64,000 nt of DNA from an uncultured Candidatus Saccharibacteria bacterium. GTDB lineage: Bacteria > Patescibacteriota > Minisyncoccia > Phycocordibacterales > UBA918. A program made the position numbers and the translations under genes. The notes below the pieces were generated by a model, which worked only from the letters and a program-made list of their open reading frames with translations, searched no databases and had not been told where the DNA came from. Position 1 is the first letter of the stretch, and each line of letters starts with the position of its first letter. Positions 18,662-28,775 of this stretch are shown here, piece by piece. The stretch is from contig CAYGJY010000001.1 of NCBI GenBank assembly GCA_964350645.1, positions 78,316 through 142,315 on the forward strand, in the 5' to 3' direction.

Positions 18662-19648
18662 ATGAAATTAGCACAACATTTACAACCAGATATATTTTCT
18701 ACTACTGTTCCAAAGGAGGCTAATCGCGTTGGGTACGGCGAAGGCTTACTTGCAGCTGGCGAAACTAACGATAAGATCGTGGCACTCTGTGCTGACCTAA
18801 CTGAGTCGACCAAAACTCACCTTTTTGCTAATCAATTTCCAGAACGGTTTGTGCAGATTGGTATTGGTGAACAAAATATGGCGTCAGTCGCTGCAGGTAT
18901 GGCAGCAATGGGCAAGGTTCCTTTTATTGCTTCGTACGCCATGTTTTCTCCGGGTCGGAGCTGGGAACAGGTACGCACAACGATTGCGTATAATGATTCT
19001 AACGTGAAGATTGTTGGAGCTCATGCCGGTGTGTCGGTTGGGCCTGACGGCGCTACCCATCAAGCAATCGAAGATATGGCTATTATGCGCGTCATTCCAA
19101 ATATGATCGTGATCGCGCCCTGTGATGTGCATGAAGCTAGACGAGCAGTTGTCTGGGCAGCTGAGCATCAGGGGCCGGTGTATATTCGTGTTGCGCGTGA
19201 AGCGACACCGGTTATGACAACCGAGGACTCACCGTTCTCTTTTGGTCAGGCAGAGGTGTATCTCGAACCTGAAGATGCGGACACTAAGCGAGTTGCTATC
19301 ATTGGTTGCGGGCCATTGTTGTATGAAGCGATGTTAGCGGGTAAACAACTCAATGAGTCTGGTGTGGGGACAACAGTAGTAAATATGCCCACCGTCAAAC
19401 CGCTCGATACCACTATACTGGCTGAGCTAGCGGCTACATATGAACTGGTTGTAACAGTAGAAGAGCACCAACGAATCGGTGGACTTGGTAGTGCGGTGGC
19501 TGAATATTATGCTGATACTACGCCAAAGAAAATGCTTCGCGTGGGCGTTGACGATTCCTTTGGGGAGTCTGGTACTATCACGGAGTTGTACGAACGCTTT
19601 GGATTAGATGCCGCGAGTATCGTGCGTAAGATCCATGAAGTTTTATAG
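18662..19648 (+). CDS. tkt: Transketolase, C-terminal subunit
   Basis: GIGEQNM, GPDGATHQ, TVEEH...GGLGSAVAE. Confidence 0.95.
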   Translation: MKLAQHLQPDIFSTTVPKEANRVGYGEGLLAAGETNDKIVALCADLTESTKTHLFANQFPERFVQIGIGEQNMASVAAGMAAMGKVPFIASYAMFSPGRSWEQVRTTIAYNDSNVKIVGAHAGVSVGPDGATHQAIEDMAIMRVIPNMIVIAPCDVHEARRAVVWAAEHQGPVYIRVAREATPVMTTEDSPFSFGQAEVYLEPEDADTKRVAIIGCGPLLYEAMLAGKQLNESGVGTTVVNMPTVKPLDTTILAELAATYELVVTVEEHQRIGGLGSAVAEYYADTTPKKMLRVGVDDSFGESGTITELYERFGLDAASIVRKIHEVL

Positions 19649-20264
19649 CAATCAACAATCTGGTTTTACGCTACTTGAACTTTTGGTGGTAATAGCGATC
19701 ATTGGTATTTTAGCGTCTGGAGTAGCGGCGATAACAGGACCGGGTCGTGATAAAGCAACCAACACTTCTATTATTAAGCAAATGAAAGAATACCAACGGG
19801 TGCTCGACTTGCATTTGGCTAGTCCTTTCAATCGGGCTCCAAATAATTGGCTTGGATTAGCGAGTAATAATAATTTTTGCCGAGTGGCCTGTTTTGGAGA
19901 TGGTTTAGTGAATGGTGGGCCAGATTGTTTGGGTAATATTTCTCAGGGTGGTTCTCATCAAGTGACCTATTCTGATGAGGTTGAGGCTGTACTTCGTGAA
20001 GCGATGTCATCGTTACCACGTCATGAATTTGAGCCATATTCGGGACCAGCTTATAGTGCCTGTGTGTCACCTCTGGGATCTGGTTTCCAAAATAATAGTG
20101 ACGCAGGCAATATTGATCCAAGCGAACCTGGATATTTACAGCGACATTATAGCTTGTGGTATTTGTTGAAAGGTACTGGTCAGGATTGCGTATGGGGAGT
20201 TGTTGTTGAGTCAGACTTTGGTAACGCCGGTGTCGCAACATTGTGTAGATATAATGCACGGTAG
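19635..20264 (+). CDS. Type IV pilin / type II pseudopilin-like protein
   Basis: Class III signal G-FTLLELLVVIAIIGILA; ATG 19635 overlaps the end of tktC; several Cys in the globular part. Confidence 0.85.
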   Translation: MKFYSNQQSGFTLLELLVVIAIIGILASGVAAITGPGRDKATNTSIIKQMKEYQRVLDLHLASPFNRAPNNWLGLASNNNFCRVACFGDGLVNGGPDCLGNISQGGSHQVTYSDEVEAVLREAMSSLPRHEFEPYSGPAYSACVSPLGSGFQNNSDAGNIDPSEPGYLQRHYSLWYLLKGTGQDCVWGVVVESDFGNAGVATLCRYNAR

Positions 20265-20307
20265 AAACTAAAAAGCCGCTGCCCTAGGGCAGCGGCTTTT
20301 TAGTTTC
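20264..20307. terminator. Bidirectional intrinsic terminator
   Basis: gaaactaaaaagccgctgcc / ggcagcggctttttagtttc inverted repeat between convergent genes. Confidence 0.85.
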
Positions 20308-20317
20308 GTAAGCTGAT

Positions 20318-21322
20318 TTACACTTGCTTAGCTTTGTAGTCTTCTGGAGCGTTCGCTAGAAATTCTTTAAGTTGGTCCATAGTCAGGAGTCCTTTTTGGG
20401 CTCCGATATGCTGTACCACTGACATTGAATTAATTGGTCCCCATGATAAAGCTTCTGCTGGAGTCATGCCAAGCGCGATTGCAGCCGTGAAGGTAGATGA
20501 GAAAGAATCACCAGCTCCAGTGCGGTCAACTGGTGGAGCTGGATCTGGGTACATTGGCATGTGCCAGCCTTGATCGTCTTCGTCGACAACATAGGCGCCG
20601 TTCGGTCCGTCAGTGATCACTGGCATTTTTGGTCCAAGCTGTTTGAAGGCGCGGATCAGTGTTGGGACATCCTGCTCGTCACTACCGAGAATTTCCTGGG
20701 CCTCTTCTTTGTTGCAGAAAAATATTTCGGTCACTTCATAAATTTCCTTAAGTTTTTCGGGACCAAGTTTGATTTGGAAGGTGCCAGGTTGGAAGACTAG
20801 TTTTGTTTCTGGATTAGCCTTGATGTATTTAGCAAGTTCAAAGTGAAAATCTACTCCGTGCTCGCCAATCGATGAGAAATAAATAAATCGAGGAGCAACC
20901 GCAAAATCTGGGATAATGTAGGGGTACTTTTCGTGATTAATCAGGATGGTCCGTTCTGGTCCGTAGCGCAGTACGAAGTGATAATTTGTCCCTTTGTCTT
21001 CGTGGACCTTTACATAATCAGTGTGTACACCTTCTTGGCGTAGAGCGTTAAGACAATCTTTACCACGGCTATCATTGCCGACATTGGTGACTAGGGCAGT
21101 GTTAAGTCCGAGGCGGTGAGCTGAGACTGCAGCGTTTGGTGAATTACCAACTGCGTCAACTACGACGACATCGTTATAGGGTAGTTTACTTCCAAAAGGC
21201 ATGTGTAGGGTTTTTCGTCCCGTATCCATGTCTTCGGAGACATCGGCTTGGTCAATATTTAATTCAATAAAGGCATCTACTACTATGTCGCCAAAGGCGA
21301 CGAAATCATATTGTTCTGACAT
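20318..21322 (-). CDS. PfkB-family carbohydrate kinase
   Basis: GNSPNAAVS...RLG and DRTGAGDSF signatures. Confidence 0.92.
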   Translation of the reverse strand: MSEQYDFVAFGDIVVDAFIELNIDQADVSEDMDTGRKTLHMPFGSKLPYNDVVVVDAVGNSPNAAVSAHRLGLNTALVTNVGNDSRGKDCLNALRQEGVHTDYVKVHEDKGTNYHFVLRYGPERTILINHEKYPYIIPDFAVAPRFIYFSSIGEHGVDFHFELAKYIKANPETKLVFQPGTFQIKLGPEKLKEIYEVTEIFFCNKEEAQEILGSDEQDVPTLIRAFKQLGPKMPVITDGPNGAYVVDEDDQGWHMPMYPDPAPPVDRTGAGDSFSSTFTAAIALGMTPAEALSWGPINSMSVVQHIGAQKGLLTMDQLKEFLANAPEDYKAKQV

Positions 21323-21420
21323 GATTAGAGTATACCGTACTCTTTATTTTAAAATCAGAACATATGTACATTGAGATTTTAGATATATGTGGTATCGTAA
21401 CGCCCATAATTTAAAATAAT

Positions 21421-22059
21421 ATGACAGTAACTTTAGACGTCGCCAAACGAGACAGTGGCGCAAAATCAGACCCAGATACACTACCAGCCGTAGTGTACGG
21501 ACCAAAACAAGAATCCATCGCTATCGCTATTAATGCCCGTTTACTACAAAAGGCAGTTAGCGAGGCTGGAGAATCAACTATCATCACCCTGACGGGCCTT
21601 GGTGAAGAGATTGAGGTATTGATTCACGATGTGTCTTTTAATCCTGAACGAGGAGGGATTGAGCACGTTGATTTCTATGCGATTGAACGCGGTAAAGAAC
21701 TAACTACTAATGTAGCCCTTGAATTTATTGGTGAAGCACCAGCAGAAAAAACTGGCGCAACCGTTAATAAGGTGTTGCATGATGTTGAAGTCACCTGTAA
21801 GCCAAGTGCACTTCCGTCACATATTGATGTAGATATTAGTGTGCTGGTAGATGATCATTCACAAATTCGGATCGAAGACTTGAAGATCCCTGAAGGTGTC
21901 ACAGTGACTAATGATCCAGAAGATGTGGTGGTAAGTATCTCTGCGGCACGAGAAGAAGAGCCAGACGAGACGACAGAAGCAGTTGATATGGATGCAATCG
22001 AAGTTGAGGCTAAAGGTAAGGCGGAAGAAGAGCAGGCAGCTGAACCAGAAAAAGAGTAG
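21421..22059 (+). CDS. rplY: 50S ribosomal protein L25 (Ctc type)
   Basis: LPAVVYG, HVDFY, C-terminal Ctc domain and acidic tail. Confidence 0.95.
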   Translation: MTVTLDVAKRDSGAKSDPDTLPAVVYGPKQESIAIAINARLLQKAVSEAGESTIITLTGLGEEIEVLIHDVSFNPERGGIEHVDFYAIERGKELTTNVALEFIGEAPAEKTGATVNKVLHDVEVTCKPSALPSHIDVDISVLVDDHSQIRIEDLKIPEGVTVTNDPEDVVVSISAAREEEPDETTEAVDMDAIEVEAKGKAEEEQAAEPEKE

Positions 22060-22130
22060 CCACTATAAAAAAGCCAGGGTATACCACTGGCTTTTTTAGT
22101 ATCCAAAAGAAATCCTGACACTCCCGGCAA

Positions 22131-23522
22131 ATGAAGGTATACTATAGCCCTGTGCGATATATTCTTGCAGTTTTGTGTGTCGTATTAGTTGGTTCGGCGG
22201 TTATGCCGTTTGTTTCTTCGGGCCAAGAAAGTGATGCAGAGCGCCGCAAACGAATTGAGACCGAACTCCAAGCTATTGAGCGTCAAATCCTCCAGCAGGA
22301 AGTATTGGTTGAAGATAAACAGCTCGAGCGCCAATCACTCGAACGTGACTTAGATATTATTGATGCCGAAGTAAAAAAAGCCCAGTTGGGTATTCAGGCC
22401 CGGGCGGTAGCGATCAATCAACTGACAGACCAGATCGGTGATAAAGAGATTGTGCTTGACATTTTAACTGACCGTCTCTCGACCCAACGCACGTCACTAG
22501 CTGAGTTGATCCGGCAGACGCAGTCAGTTGATGATTTTTCTTTGGTAGAAGTATTACTCAGTAATCAGAATTTCTCTGATTTCTTTGTTGATTTTGAAAG
22601 CTTTCGGGCTGTTAATGAATCACTTAAAAATTCTTTAGTCGCGCTTGAAGAAATCAAATCTGATACAGAGTTGCAAAAAAATTCTCTAGAAGAAAAAAAG
22701 TTGACTGAAGCAGAAATGAAGCGGATACAAGAGTTGCAAAAGCAAGAAATCGAAAGGAAAGAACGTGAGAAAGAACAGATCCTCACAGTCACCAAGGGCG
22801 AGGAAGAGCAGTATCAGGAACTCCTTGACTCGCAACGAAAGACAGCAGCGCAATTGCGTAATGCGTTGTTTGAGCTTCTTGGTGGTGGGGGAGGTATTCC
22901 GTTCCCTGAGGCTGTCCGATTATCACAATATGCTTCTGGTGTGACTGGCGTAGATGCCTCCTTGATTTTGGCGATTCTTGAACAAGAAACTAATCTCGGT
23001 TCAAACTTAGGCAGCTGCTTGTTCACTGATAACCGAAGCAGCCGACCAGTTATGCATCCAGATCGAGATGAGCCAGTCTTTTTAGCAATTGCAAATACTC
23101 TGGGTTTTGATCCCTATAGCAGAACGGTCTCGTGTCCAATTATCCAAAATGGCAGTCGTGTGGGGTGGGGTGGAGCGATGGGTCCATCACAGTTCATTCC
23201 TTCAACGTGGGCAATTTATGGCGGAATTGTGAACCGCGGTAATGGTTGGGAGTATGATCAATCTGCTGATGCAATCAGGCAAATTAACGGTAACCCTGGG
23301 CCGTCAAGTCCGTTTAATAATCAGGATGCTTTTATTGCGACGGCATTACTACTCCGAGATAACGGAGCTAATGGCACATACGCTGGTGATCGATTAGCTG
23401 CACTCCGCTATTATGCTGGTTGGGGTGGGGCCACTAACCCGGCAAACTTTTTCTATGGCGACAGTGTGATGAATCGTAAGTCCCGACTTGCCAACGAAAT
23501 CGTTATCTTGGGCGGCGGGTAG
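22131..23522 (+). CDS. Coiled-coil lytic murein transglycosylase (MltB/SLT_2-like)
   Basis: Signal/TM, long heptad coiled coil, AILEQETNLG, GAMGPSQFIPSTW. Start may be GTG 22152. Confidence 0.85.
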   Translation: MKVYYSPVRYILAVLCVVLVGSAVMPFVSSGQESDAERRKRIETELQAIERQILQQEVLVEDKQLERQSLERDLDIIDAEVKKAQLGIQARAVAINQLTDQIGDKEIVLDILTDRLSTQRTSLAELIRQTQSVDDFSLVEVLLSNQNFSDFFVDFESFRAVNESLKNSLVALEEIKSDTELQKNSLEEKKLTEAEMKRIQELQKQEIERKEREKEQILTVTKGEEEQYQELLDSQRKTAAQLRNALFELLGGGGGIPFPEAVRLSQYASGVTGVDASLILAILEQETNLGSNLGSCLFTDNRSSRPVMHPDRDEPVFLAIANTLGFDPYSRTVSCPIIQNGSRVGWGGAMGPSQFIPSTWAIYGGIVNRGNGWEYDQSADAIRQINGNPGPSSPFNNQDAFIATALLLRDNGANGTYAGDRLAALRYYAGWGGATNPANFFYGDSVMNRKSRLANEIVILGGG

Positions 23523-23608
23523 CCTATTGAACTAATTGTACTTTCTGGTATAGTTCTCCGCACTTATTGATAAGATCGCGTATAACAGTCGTGATCGCCA
23601 AATATTTT

Positions 23609-23872
23609 ATGAAAACAGATATTCACCCAAATAATCATCGTCTTGTTATTTTCCAAGACAATACTAATGGAGAGCGGTTTTTGGTTGCTTCGACAATTAA
23701 GACTGATAAGACAGACAAGTGGACTGACGGTACTGAATACCCGATTGCGTTTGTTGATGTATCAAGTGCTTCACACCCGTTTTATACTGGACAAGAGAAG
23801 GTAATGGATGCGGCTGGACGAGTTGAGAAGTTTAAGGCTCGACAAAAGAAAGCTGGTACAAAAAAGGCGTAG
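23609..23872 (+). CDS. rpmE: 50S ribosomal protein L31, type B (Cys-free)
   Basis: MKTDIHP...DVSSASHPFYTG...GRVEKF. Confidence 0.96.
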   Translation: MKTDIHPNNHRLVIFQDNTNGERFLVASTIKTDKTDKWTDGTEYPIAFVDVSSASHPFYTGQEKVMDAAGRVEKFKARQKKAGTKKA

Positions 23873-23876
23873 CGAC

Positions 23877-23911
23877 AAAAGCCGCTCTTTTGTGAAAAAG
23901 AGCGGCTTTTT
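23877..23911 (+). terminator. Intrinsic terminator
   Basis: aaaagccgctctttt / aaaagagcggctttt inverted repeat. Confidence 0.8.
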
Positions 23912-23968
23912 GTGTGGCAGGGCAGCTATCTTCAGCTATTCAAAAAAAGGTATACTAAAGCAAATTAT

Positions 23969-24958
23969 ATGGATCATTCACCAGAAAAATTACAGTCATT
24001 TCGTGAAAATCAAAAAACGCAGTTTTTGATGACGCAATATGACGCAGTATCAGAAAAAATTGCTGAAGCCACAGCTTTGGCTGAGAATGATCCCGCTATG
24101 GCCGACTTAGCAGCAGAAGAATTAACTGAACTCCAGCAGCAACTTGATACCCAATTCACTGAGATGGACACCATTATTGAATCCTCTAAAGAAGAGGAGG
24201 AGCGGCCATACGGTGTTGTACTCGAAGTACGGGCTGGTGCCGGTGGTGACGAAGCATCGTTGTTTGCCTATCAATTGGCTGAGATGTATCAACGTTACGC
24301 AGAAACTAAAGGGTGGCAAGTGCGTAAAGAGTCTGAGTCGCAGTCATCACAAGGTGGGTATAAAGAGGCGAGCTTTGAGATTTTGGGTGGTCGCGTGTAC
24401 GATGCGCTTCGCTATGAGACCGGTGTTCATCGAGTCCAGCGTGTTCCGGTGACTGAGAAGGCTGGTCGTATCCATACATCGACTGCGTCAGTGGCTGTGT
24501 TACCGCTTCGTAAGAAGCCAAAAGTGGAAATTAATCAGGGGGACATTGATATGGAGTTTTCGCGCTCAGGAGGGGCTGGAGGACAGAACGTCAACAAGGT
24601 TGAGACTGCAGTGCGGCTGGTACATCGTCCAACAGGGATTGATGTACGGTGTGAGTCTGGTCGTTCACAACAGAAGAATCGCGAGCAAGCGATGACTATG
24701 TTGCTGGCAAAGCTCGAAATGATGCACGAAGAGGAGGAAGCTAAAAAACACGCCGAAACCCGAAAAAATCAGATTGGGACCGGCGATCGATCAGAAAAAA
24801 TCCGAACGTATAATTTCCCGCAAAATCGCATCACCGATCACCGTATTAAAGAGTCATGGCATACGATAGAGCAAACCCTTGGAGGGGCTCTTGATCCAAT
24901 TGTTGAGGCATTGCAGGCGGTTGCAGCCGGTGATGGAGAAGAATCTATTGCAGAATAA
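23969..24958 (+). CDS. prfA: Peptide chain release factor 1
   Basis: PVT specificity motif (VQRVPVTE...RIHTS), [13 protein letters not shown]. Confidence 0.95.
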   Translation: MDHSPEKLQSFRENQKTQFLMTQYDAVSEKIAEATALAENDPAMADLAAEELTELQQQLDTQFTEMDTIIESSKEEEERPYGVVLEVRAGAGGDEASLFAYQLAEMYQRYAETKGWQVRKESESQSSQGGYKEASFEILGGRVYDALRYETGVHRVQRVPVTEKAGRIHTSTASVAVLPLRKKPKVEINQGDIDMEFSRSGGAGGQNVNKVETAVRLVHRPTGIDVRCESGRSQQKNREQAMTMLLAKLEMMHEEEEAKKHAETRKNQIGTGDRSEKIRTYNFPQNRITDHRIKESWHTIEQTLGGALDPIVEALQAVAAGDGEESIAE

Positions 24959-25009
24959 TCTTGCCTGTGGTAGCATCATCCCACTTTGCGCAGTAGCGCT
25001 TTTTTAAAT

Positions 25010-25783
25010 ATGGAATTACAAACACAAAACAAAACACTCATCGAACGTCTCTTCACAGCCGGGTCGCATTTTGGTTTCTCAAAAAGCCGACGCCACCCAA
25101 CAGTAAAGCCGTATCTATTTGGTAACAAACAAGGTACTGACATCTTCGATCTAGAAAAAACTGCTACCTTAGTTGAAGAGGCTAAGGCAGCTCTGATGGC
25201 TGCCGGGAAAGAAGGGAAAACAGTATTATTCGTTGCTACTAAAGATGAAATTTCTAAAATTGTTACTAAAGGAGCAGAAAAGGCAGAGATGCCCTATGTC
25301 ACTAACCGTTGGATTGGGGGTATGCTCACAAACTTTAGTGAGATTAAGAAGCGTCTCGCACGTCTAGATTCATTAACAAAAGAAGGTGAGTCAGGTGAAC
25401 TAGAACGAAAATACACTAAAAAAGAGCGAGTTGTTATTGGACGTGAACTTGCAAAGCTAACGCACAACTTTGGTGGCATCAGAACTATTGAGCGTCCACC
25501 TCAAATGATGGTAATTGTTGATCCTCGACATGATTCAATTGCTGTAACAGAAGCACAAGAGTTGAATATTCCAGTTGTTGGTATTATGAGCTCTGATTCG
25601 GATTTGTCACAAGTGACTTATCCAGTTGTGGTTAATGATTCACTACAATCAAGCGTTACTTTGGTTCTCGGAGAATTGGTAGATGCGCTTATCGCTGGTA
25701 AAGCTGAGTATGTGCCAAAGGCACCAGCAGCCAATCGTGTTCGTCGACCAGATGGAGCTCGTACTCCAGCTCCACGCCGCTAA
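25010..25783 (+). CDS. rpsB: 30S ribosomal protein S2
   Basis: AGSHFG, RWIGGMLTNF; upstream of tsf. Confidence 0.97.
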   Translation: MELQTQNKTLIERLFTAGSHFGFSKSRRHPTVKPYLFGNKQGTDIFDLEKTATLVEEAKAALMAAGKEGKTVLFVATKDEISKIVTKGAEKAEMPYVTNRWIGGMLTNFSEIKKRLARLDSLTKEGESGELERKYTKKERVVIGRELAKLTHNFGGIRTIERPPQMMVIVDPRHDSIAVTEAQELNIPVVGIMSSDSDLSQVTYPVVVNDSLQSSVTLVLGELVDALIAGKAEYVPKAPAANRVRRPDGARTPAPRR

Positions 25784-25831
25784 GCAGATATGTAACGGTG
25801 TAGTGCCGTTTATTAGTTCTAATAAAAATCT

Positions 25832-26416
25832 ATGGAAATTTCATCAGCTGATATTAAACAATTACGAGACCAGACTGGTATTTCGGTCATGCAGTGTAAA
25901 AAAGCTTTGGAAGAAGCTGGCGGTGATATGGAAAAGGCGCTTATCATCTTGAAAAAGAAGCGCAGTGAAGCGGCTGACAAAAAATCAGATCGTGAACTTG
26001 GCGCTGGTGTAATCGGTGCGTATATCCATAATACTAACGAAGTAGCGGCACTCGTTAATCTTTCATGTGAGACAGATTTTGTTGCCAAGAATGAGGAATT
26101 TGTAGCCTTAGCGCGTGATATAGCAATGCATGTTGCCGCACAAAATCCAAAGTACATTTCACGCAGTGAAGTGTCTGACGAGGCAATTACTAAAGCAAAA
26201 GAAGTATTTGCTGGGGAGATCAAGGATAAGCCGGCTGAAATGCAAGAGAAAATCCTCGAAGGTAAGCTGAGTTCGTATTTTAAAGAACAAATTCTTGCTG
26301 AACAAGATTTCATTAAAAATCCTGAAACGACAATTGGTGAGATGATTACTGGAGCGGTACAGAAGTTTGGTGAAAATATTTCAATTGTTACCATCAGTCG
26401 TTTGTCTATTAAATAA
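25832..26416 (+). CDS. tsf: Elongation factor Ts (short form)
   Basis: LRDQTG...CKKAL, CETDFVA. Confidence 0.97.
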   Translation: MEISSADIKQLRDQTGISVMQCKKALEEAGGDMEKALIILKKKRSEAADKKSDRELGAGVIGAYIHNTNEVAALVNLSCETDFVAKNEEFVALARDIAMHVAAQNPKYISRSEVSDEAITKAKEVFAGEIKDKPAEMQEKILEGKLSSYFKEQILAEQDFIKNPETTIGEMITGAVQKFGENISIVTISRLSIK

Positions 26417-26418
26417 CT

Positions 26419-26832
26419 ATGCTAAGTGGGTTGCTGGTCAGTGTAACCTCGGGATTAGTGCTTTGTGTACTAACTATACTATTTCGAGTCGAAGAGGCTC
26501 GGGGGAGCCGGCTGTTATTGAGTGGGTTGCGCACGCAATTGGATCGGCTAGTTCTAACTGTCGAATTACTCTGCATGCGTGTCACACACTTTGTTAATGC
26601 TCGGGTAATTCGGGTGACATTCCACTATATTGTACACTCGGTCTTAGGTTACTTGATCGCTCTTTTACATCGTGTGCAAGGTCGTCTGGCTCGTCTGCAA
26701 GTAAAAAATCGCTATTTGGTGAAGGCAGTGAAGAAGACTCATAGTGTTGAGTCACATTTAGAAAAGTTAGCGTCTTTTAAAGAAGAGACTGCTCTGTCGG
26801 AGAAAGAGAAACGAAAACGTCGAGAACACTAG
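26419..26832 (+). CDS. Hypothetical membrane protein
   Basis: 137-aa ORF 2 nt after tsf, hydrophobic N-terminus, basic C-terminus, followed by a terminator. Confidence 0.7.
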   Translation: MLSGLLVSVTSGLVLCVLTILFRVEEARGSRLLLSGLRTQLDRLVLTVELLCMRVTHFVNARVIRVTFHYIVHSVLGYLIALLHRVQGRLARLQVKNRYLVKAVKKTHSVESHLEKLASFKEETALSEKEKRKRREH

Positions 26833-26877
26833 AAACCAAAAGCCCTGAGTAAGTAATACCCAGGGCTTTTGGTTTCT
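26831..26877. terminator. Bidirectional terminator
   Basis: agaaaccaaaagccctg / cagggcttttggtttct 17-bp inverted repeat. Confidence 0.8.
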
Positions 26878-26879
26878 CG

Positions 26880-26919
26880 TGAGCCACCTGTCAGACTTGA
26901 ACTGACGACCTGCGGTTTA
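26880..26919 (-). repeat. 40-bp duplicate of the tRNA-Thr 3' half
   Basis: Identical to 26991-27030; begins at anticodon position 36. Confidence 0.93.
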
Positions 26920-26992
26920 TCGTCAACGTCAGTTGACGCCTCACAAAACCTAAAACAATCCGTAGATTGTTATGAGTAGATATGTATATCTG

Positions 26993-27065
26993 AGCCACCT
27001 GTCAGACTTGAACTGACGACCTGCGGTTTACAAAACCGATGCTCTACCAACTGAGCTAAGGTGGC
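26993..27065 (-). tRNA. tRNA-Thr (anticodon UGU), CCA not encoded
   Basis: GCCACCT TA GCTC AGTTGGTA GAGC A TCGGT TTTGTAA ACCGC AGGTC GTCAG TTCAAGT CTGAC AGGTGGC T folds as a cloverleaf. Confidence 0.96.
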
Positions 27066-27212
27066 GATCCTGTTTAGGAAAGTCGCAGCATTATGAACAA
27101 AAATGGCCAAAAAAGCAACTTATTTTAAAGGAGAACCACTGAGGGGTAGCAATAGATCTCAGGCAGCCTGTGAGGCTATGAAAATCTGTTTCCAAAGGGT
27201 ATACTCACGTTT

Positions 27213-28769
27213 ATGAATATGGAGGATTCGCACCTGCTCCCGTATGCGAGACGGGCTGACTTTCAGGTCGGAAGAGCCACAGATTTGACTGGAAAAGAAC
27301 GGCGGTTTTATCGTGCCCTTGAGATTTTGCCTGGCCTGGCGTCTTGGAGTACGTTGATTGGTGTGGTGTTATTGTCTATTTACGCACCGTTTGTGGCGGC
27401 GTATTTTATTATTGCTTTTGCGCTGTATTGGGTTTTAAAGACAGCGTTTCTATCGTACCACTTACGTTATAATTGGAAGCGGTTGCGTCACCACATGAGT
27501 CTTGACTGGCGGACACTCATTGACCGGTTTGCGTATGACCATTTTTATCACGTGGTTATTTTGCCATTTTACGAAGAATCAGAGTCAGTGATTGACGCGA
27601 CGCTTGCTTCATTTGCAGCCGCAAACTACGATAAAAAGAGCATTATAATTGTTTTGGCAGCTGAAGAACGTGCCGGAGAGCCGGCGCAACAAGTAGCTCG
27701 AGCAATGAAAGAAAAATACGGCTCTCTCTTTAGTACGTTTCTGGTTACGACGCACCCTAAGGACGTTCCTGGTGAAATGGCAGGGAAAGGATCAAATGCT
27801 TCATACGCGGCAGAGCAGGTGCGTACAAAAGTGCTTGATCCACACGGTATTCGATATAACCATACAATTGTTTCGATCTTTGATATTGATACGGTGATTT
27901 ACCCAGATTACTTCAATTGTCTCATCTGGCACTTTATGACGACTGAAAATCCACTGAAGAGTTCATTCCAACCGGTGCCGATTTTCAACAACAATATGTG
28001 GGATGCGCCAGCGATTTCCCGTGTGGTCGGTATGAGCAGTACTTTTTGGGAAATGGTGCAACAAGAACGTCCAGAACGAATGGCGACGTTTTCTTCTCAT
28101 GCCGTGAGTTTTAAAGCACTGCACGAAGTTGGTTATTGGCAACCGAACATGGTAAGTGAGGACTCACGGATTTACTGGAATCTAATGATTGCTAACAATG
28201 GTAAATTTGATGTGGTGCCGCTCTCGTACCCGGTATCGATGGATGCCAACGTCGGTAAAAATATTTGGCGGACGATTGTACAGATTTATAAACAACATCG
28301 CCGCTGGACGTATGGTGTCGAAAACTTTGTGTACCTGATGTATCACTTTAAGCAGAACAAAGCTATTCCACTTCGCCAGCGCATCGTCGTCGGTCTACAG
28401 CAAGCAGAAGGGTACTGGAGTTTAGTAACTAACCCAATCATGCTGTTTATTCTCGGTTGGGCTCCGATCTTTTTGGGTAGTCAGGAGTTTCATCAAACGG
28501 TGTTATCATATAATTTACCAATCATGGTTCGAGATTTGTTGATTCTGGCTATGTTTGGTTTGGTAGTTTCATCTATTATTTCTTTAACCCTTATCCCCGA
28601 ACGTCCACAAGAGAAGAGTCGATTGCGTTACATCGTTATGGCTGTTCAGTGGATTTTGGTACCGGCTACCATGATTATATTTAGTGCGATTCCAGGATTA
28701 GATGCACAGACTCGTCTTATGCTCGGGCGCTATATGGGCTTTTGGGTAACGCCAAAAATACGATCATAA
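27213..28769 (+). CDS. Membrane glycosyltransferase, family 2
   Basis: GKGSN, DID (DxD), SED, QHRRW (QxxRW); TM helices at both ends. Confidence 0.9.
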   Translation: MNMEDSHLLPYARRADFQVGRATDLTGKERRFYRALEILPGLASWSTLIGVVLLSIYAPFVAAYFIIAFALYWVLKTAFLSYHLRYNWKRLRHHMSLDWRTLIDRFAYDHFYHVVILPFYEESESVIDATLASFAAANYDKKSIIIVLAAEERAGEPAQQVARAMKEKYGSLFSTFLVTTHPKDVPGEMAGKGSNASYAAEQVRTKVLDPHGIRYNHTIVSIFDIDTVIYPDYFNCLIWHFMTTENPLKSSFQPVPIFNNNMWDAPAISRVVGMSSTFWEMVQQERPERMATFSSHAVSFKALHEVGYWQPNMVSEDSRIYWNLMIANNGKFDVVPLSYPVSMDANVGKNIWRTIVQIYKQHRRWTYGVENFVYLMYHFKQNKAIPLRQRIVVGLQQAEGYWSLVTNPIMLFILGWAPIFLGSQEFHQTVLSYNLPIMVRDLLILAMFGLVVSSIISLTLIPERPQEKSRLRYIVMAVQWILVPATMIIFSAIPGLDAQTRLMLGRYMGFWVTPKIRS

Positions 28770-28775
28770 CCACCT

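Noticed and set aside
26880-27065. Intact prophage/ICE or complete self-splicing intron at tRNA-Thr
   Set aside because: Only 71 nt lie between the repeats, there is no integrase, and the tRNA is uninterrupted.
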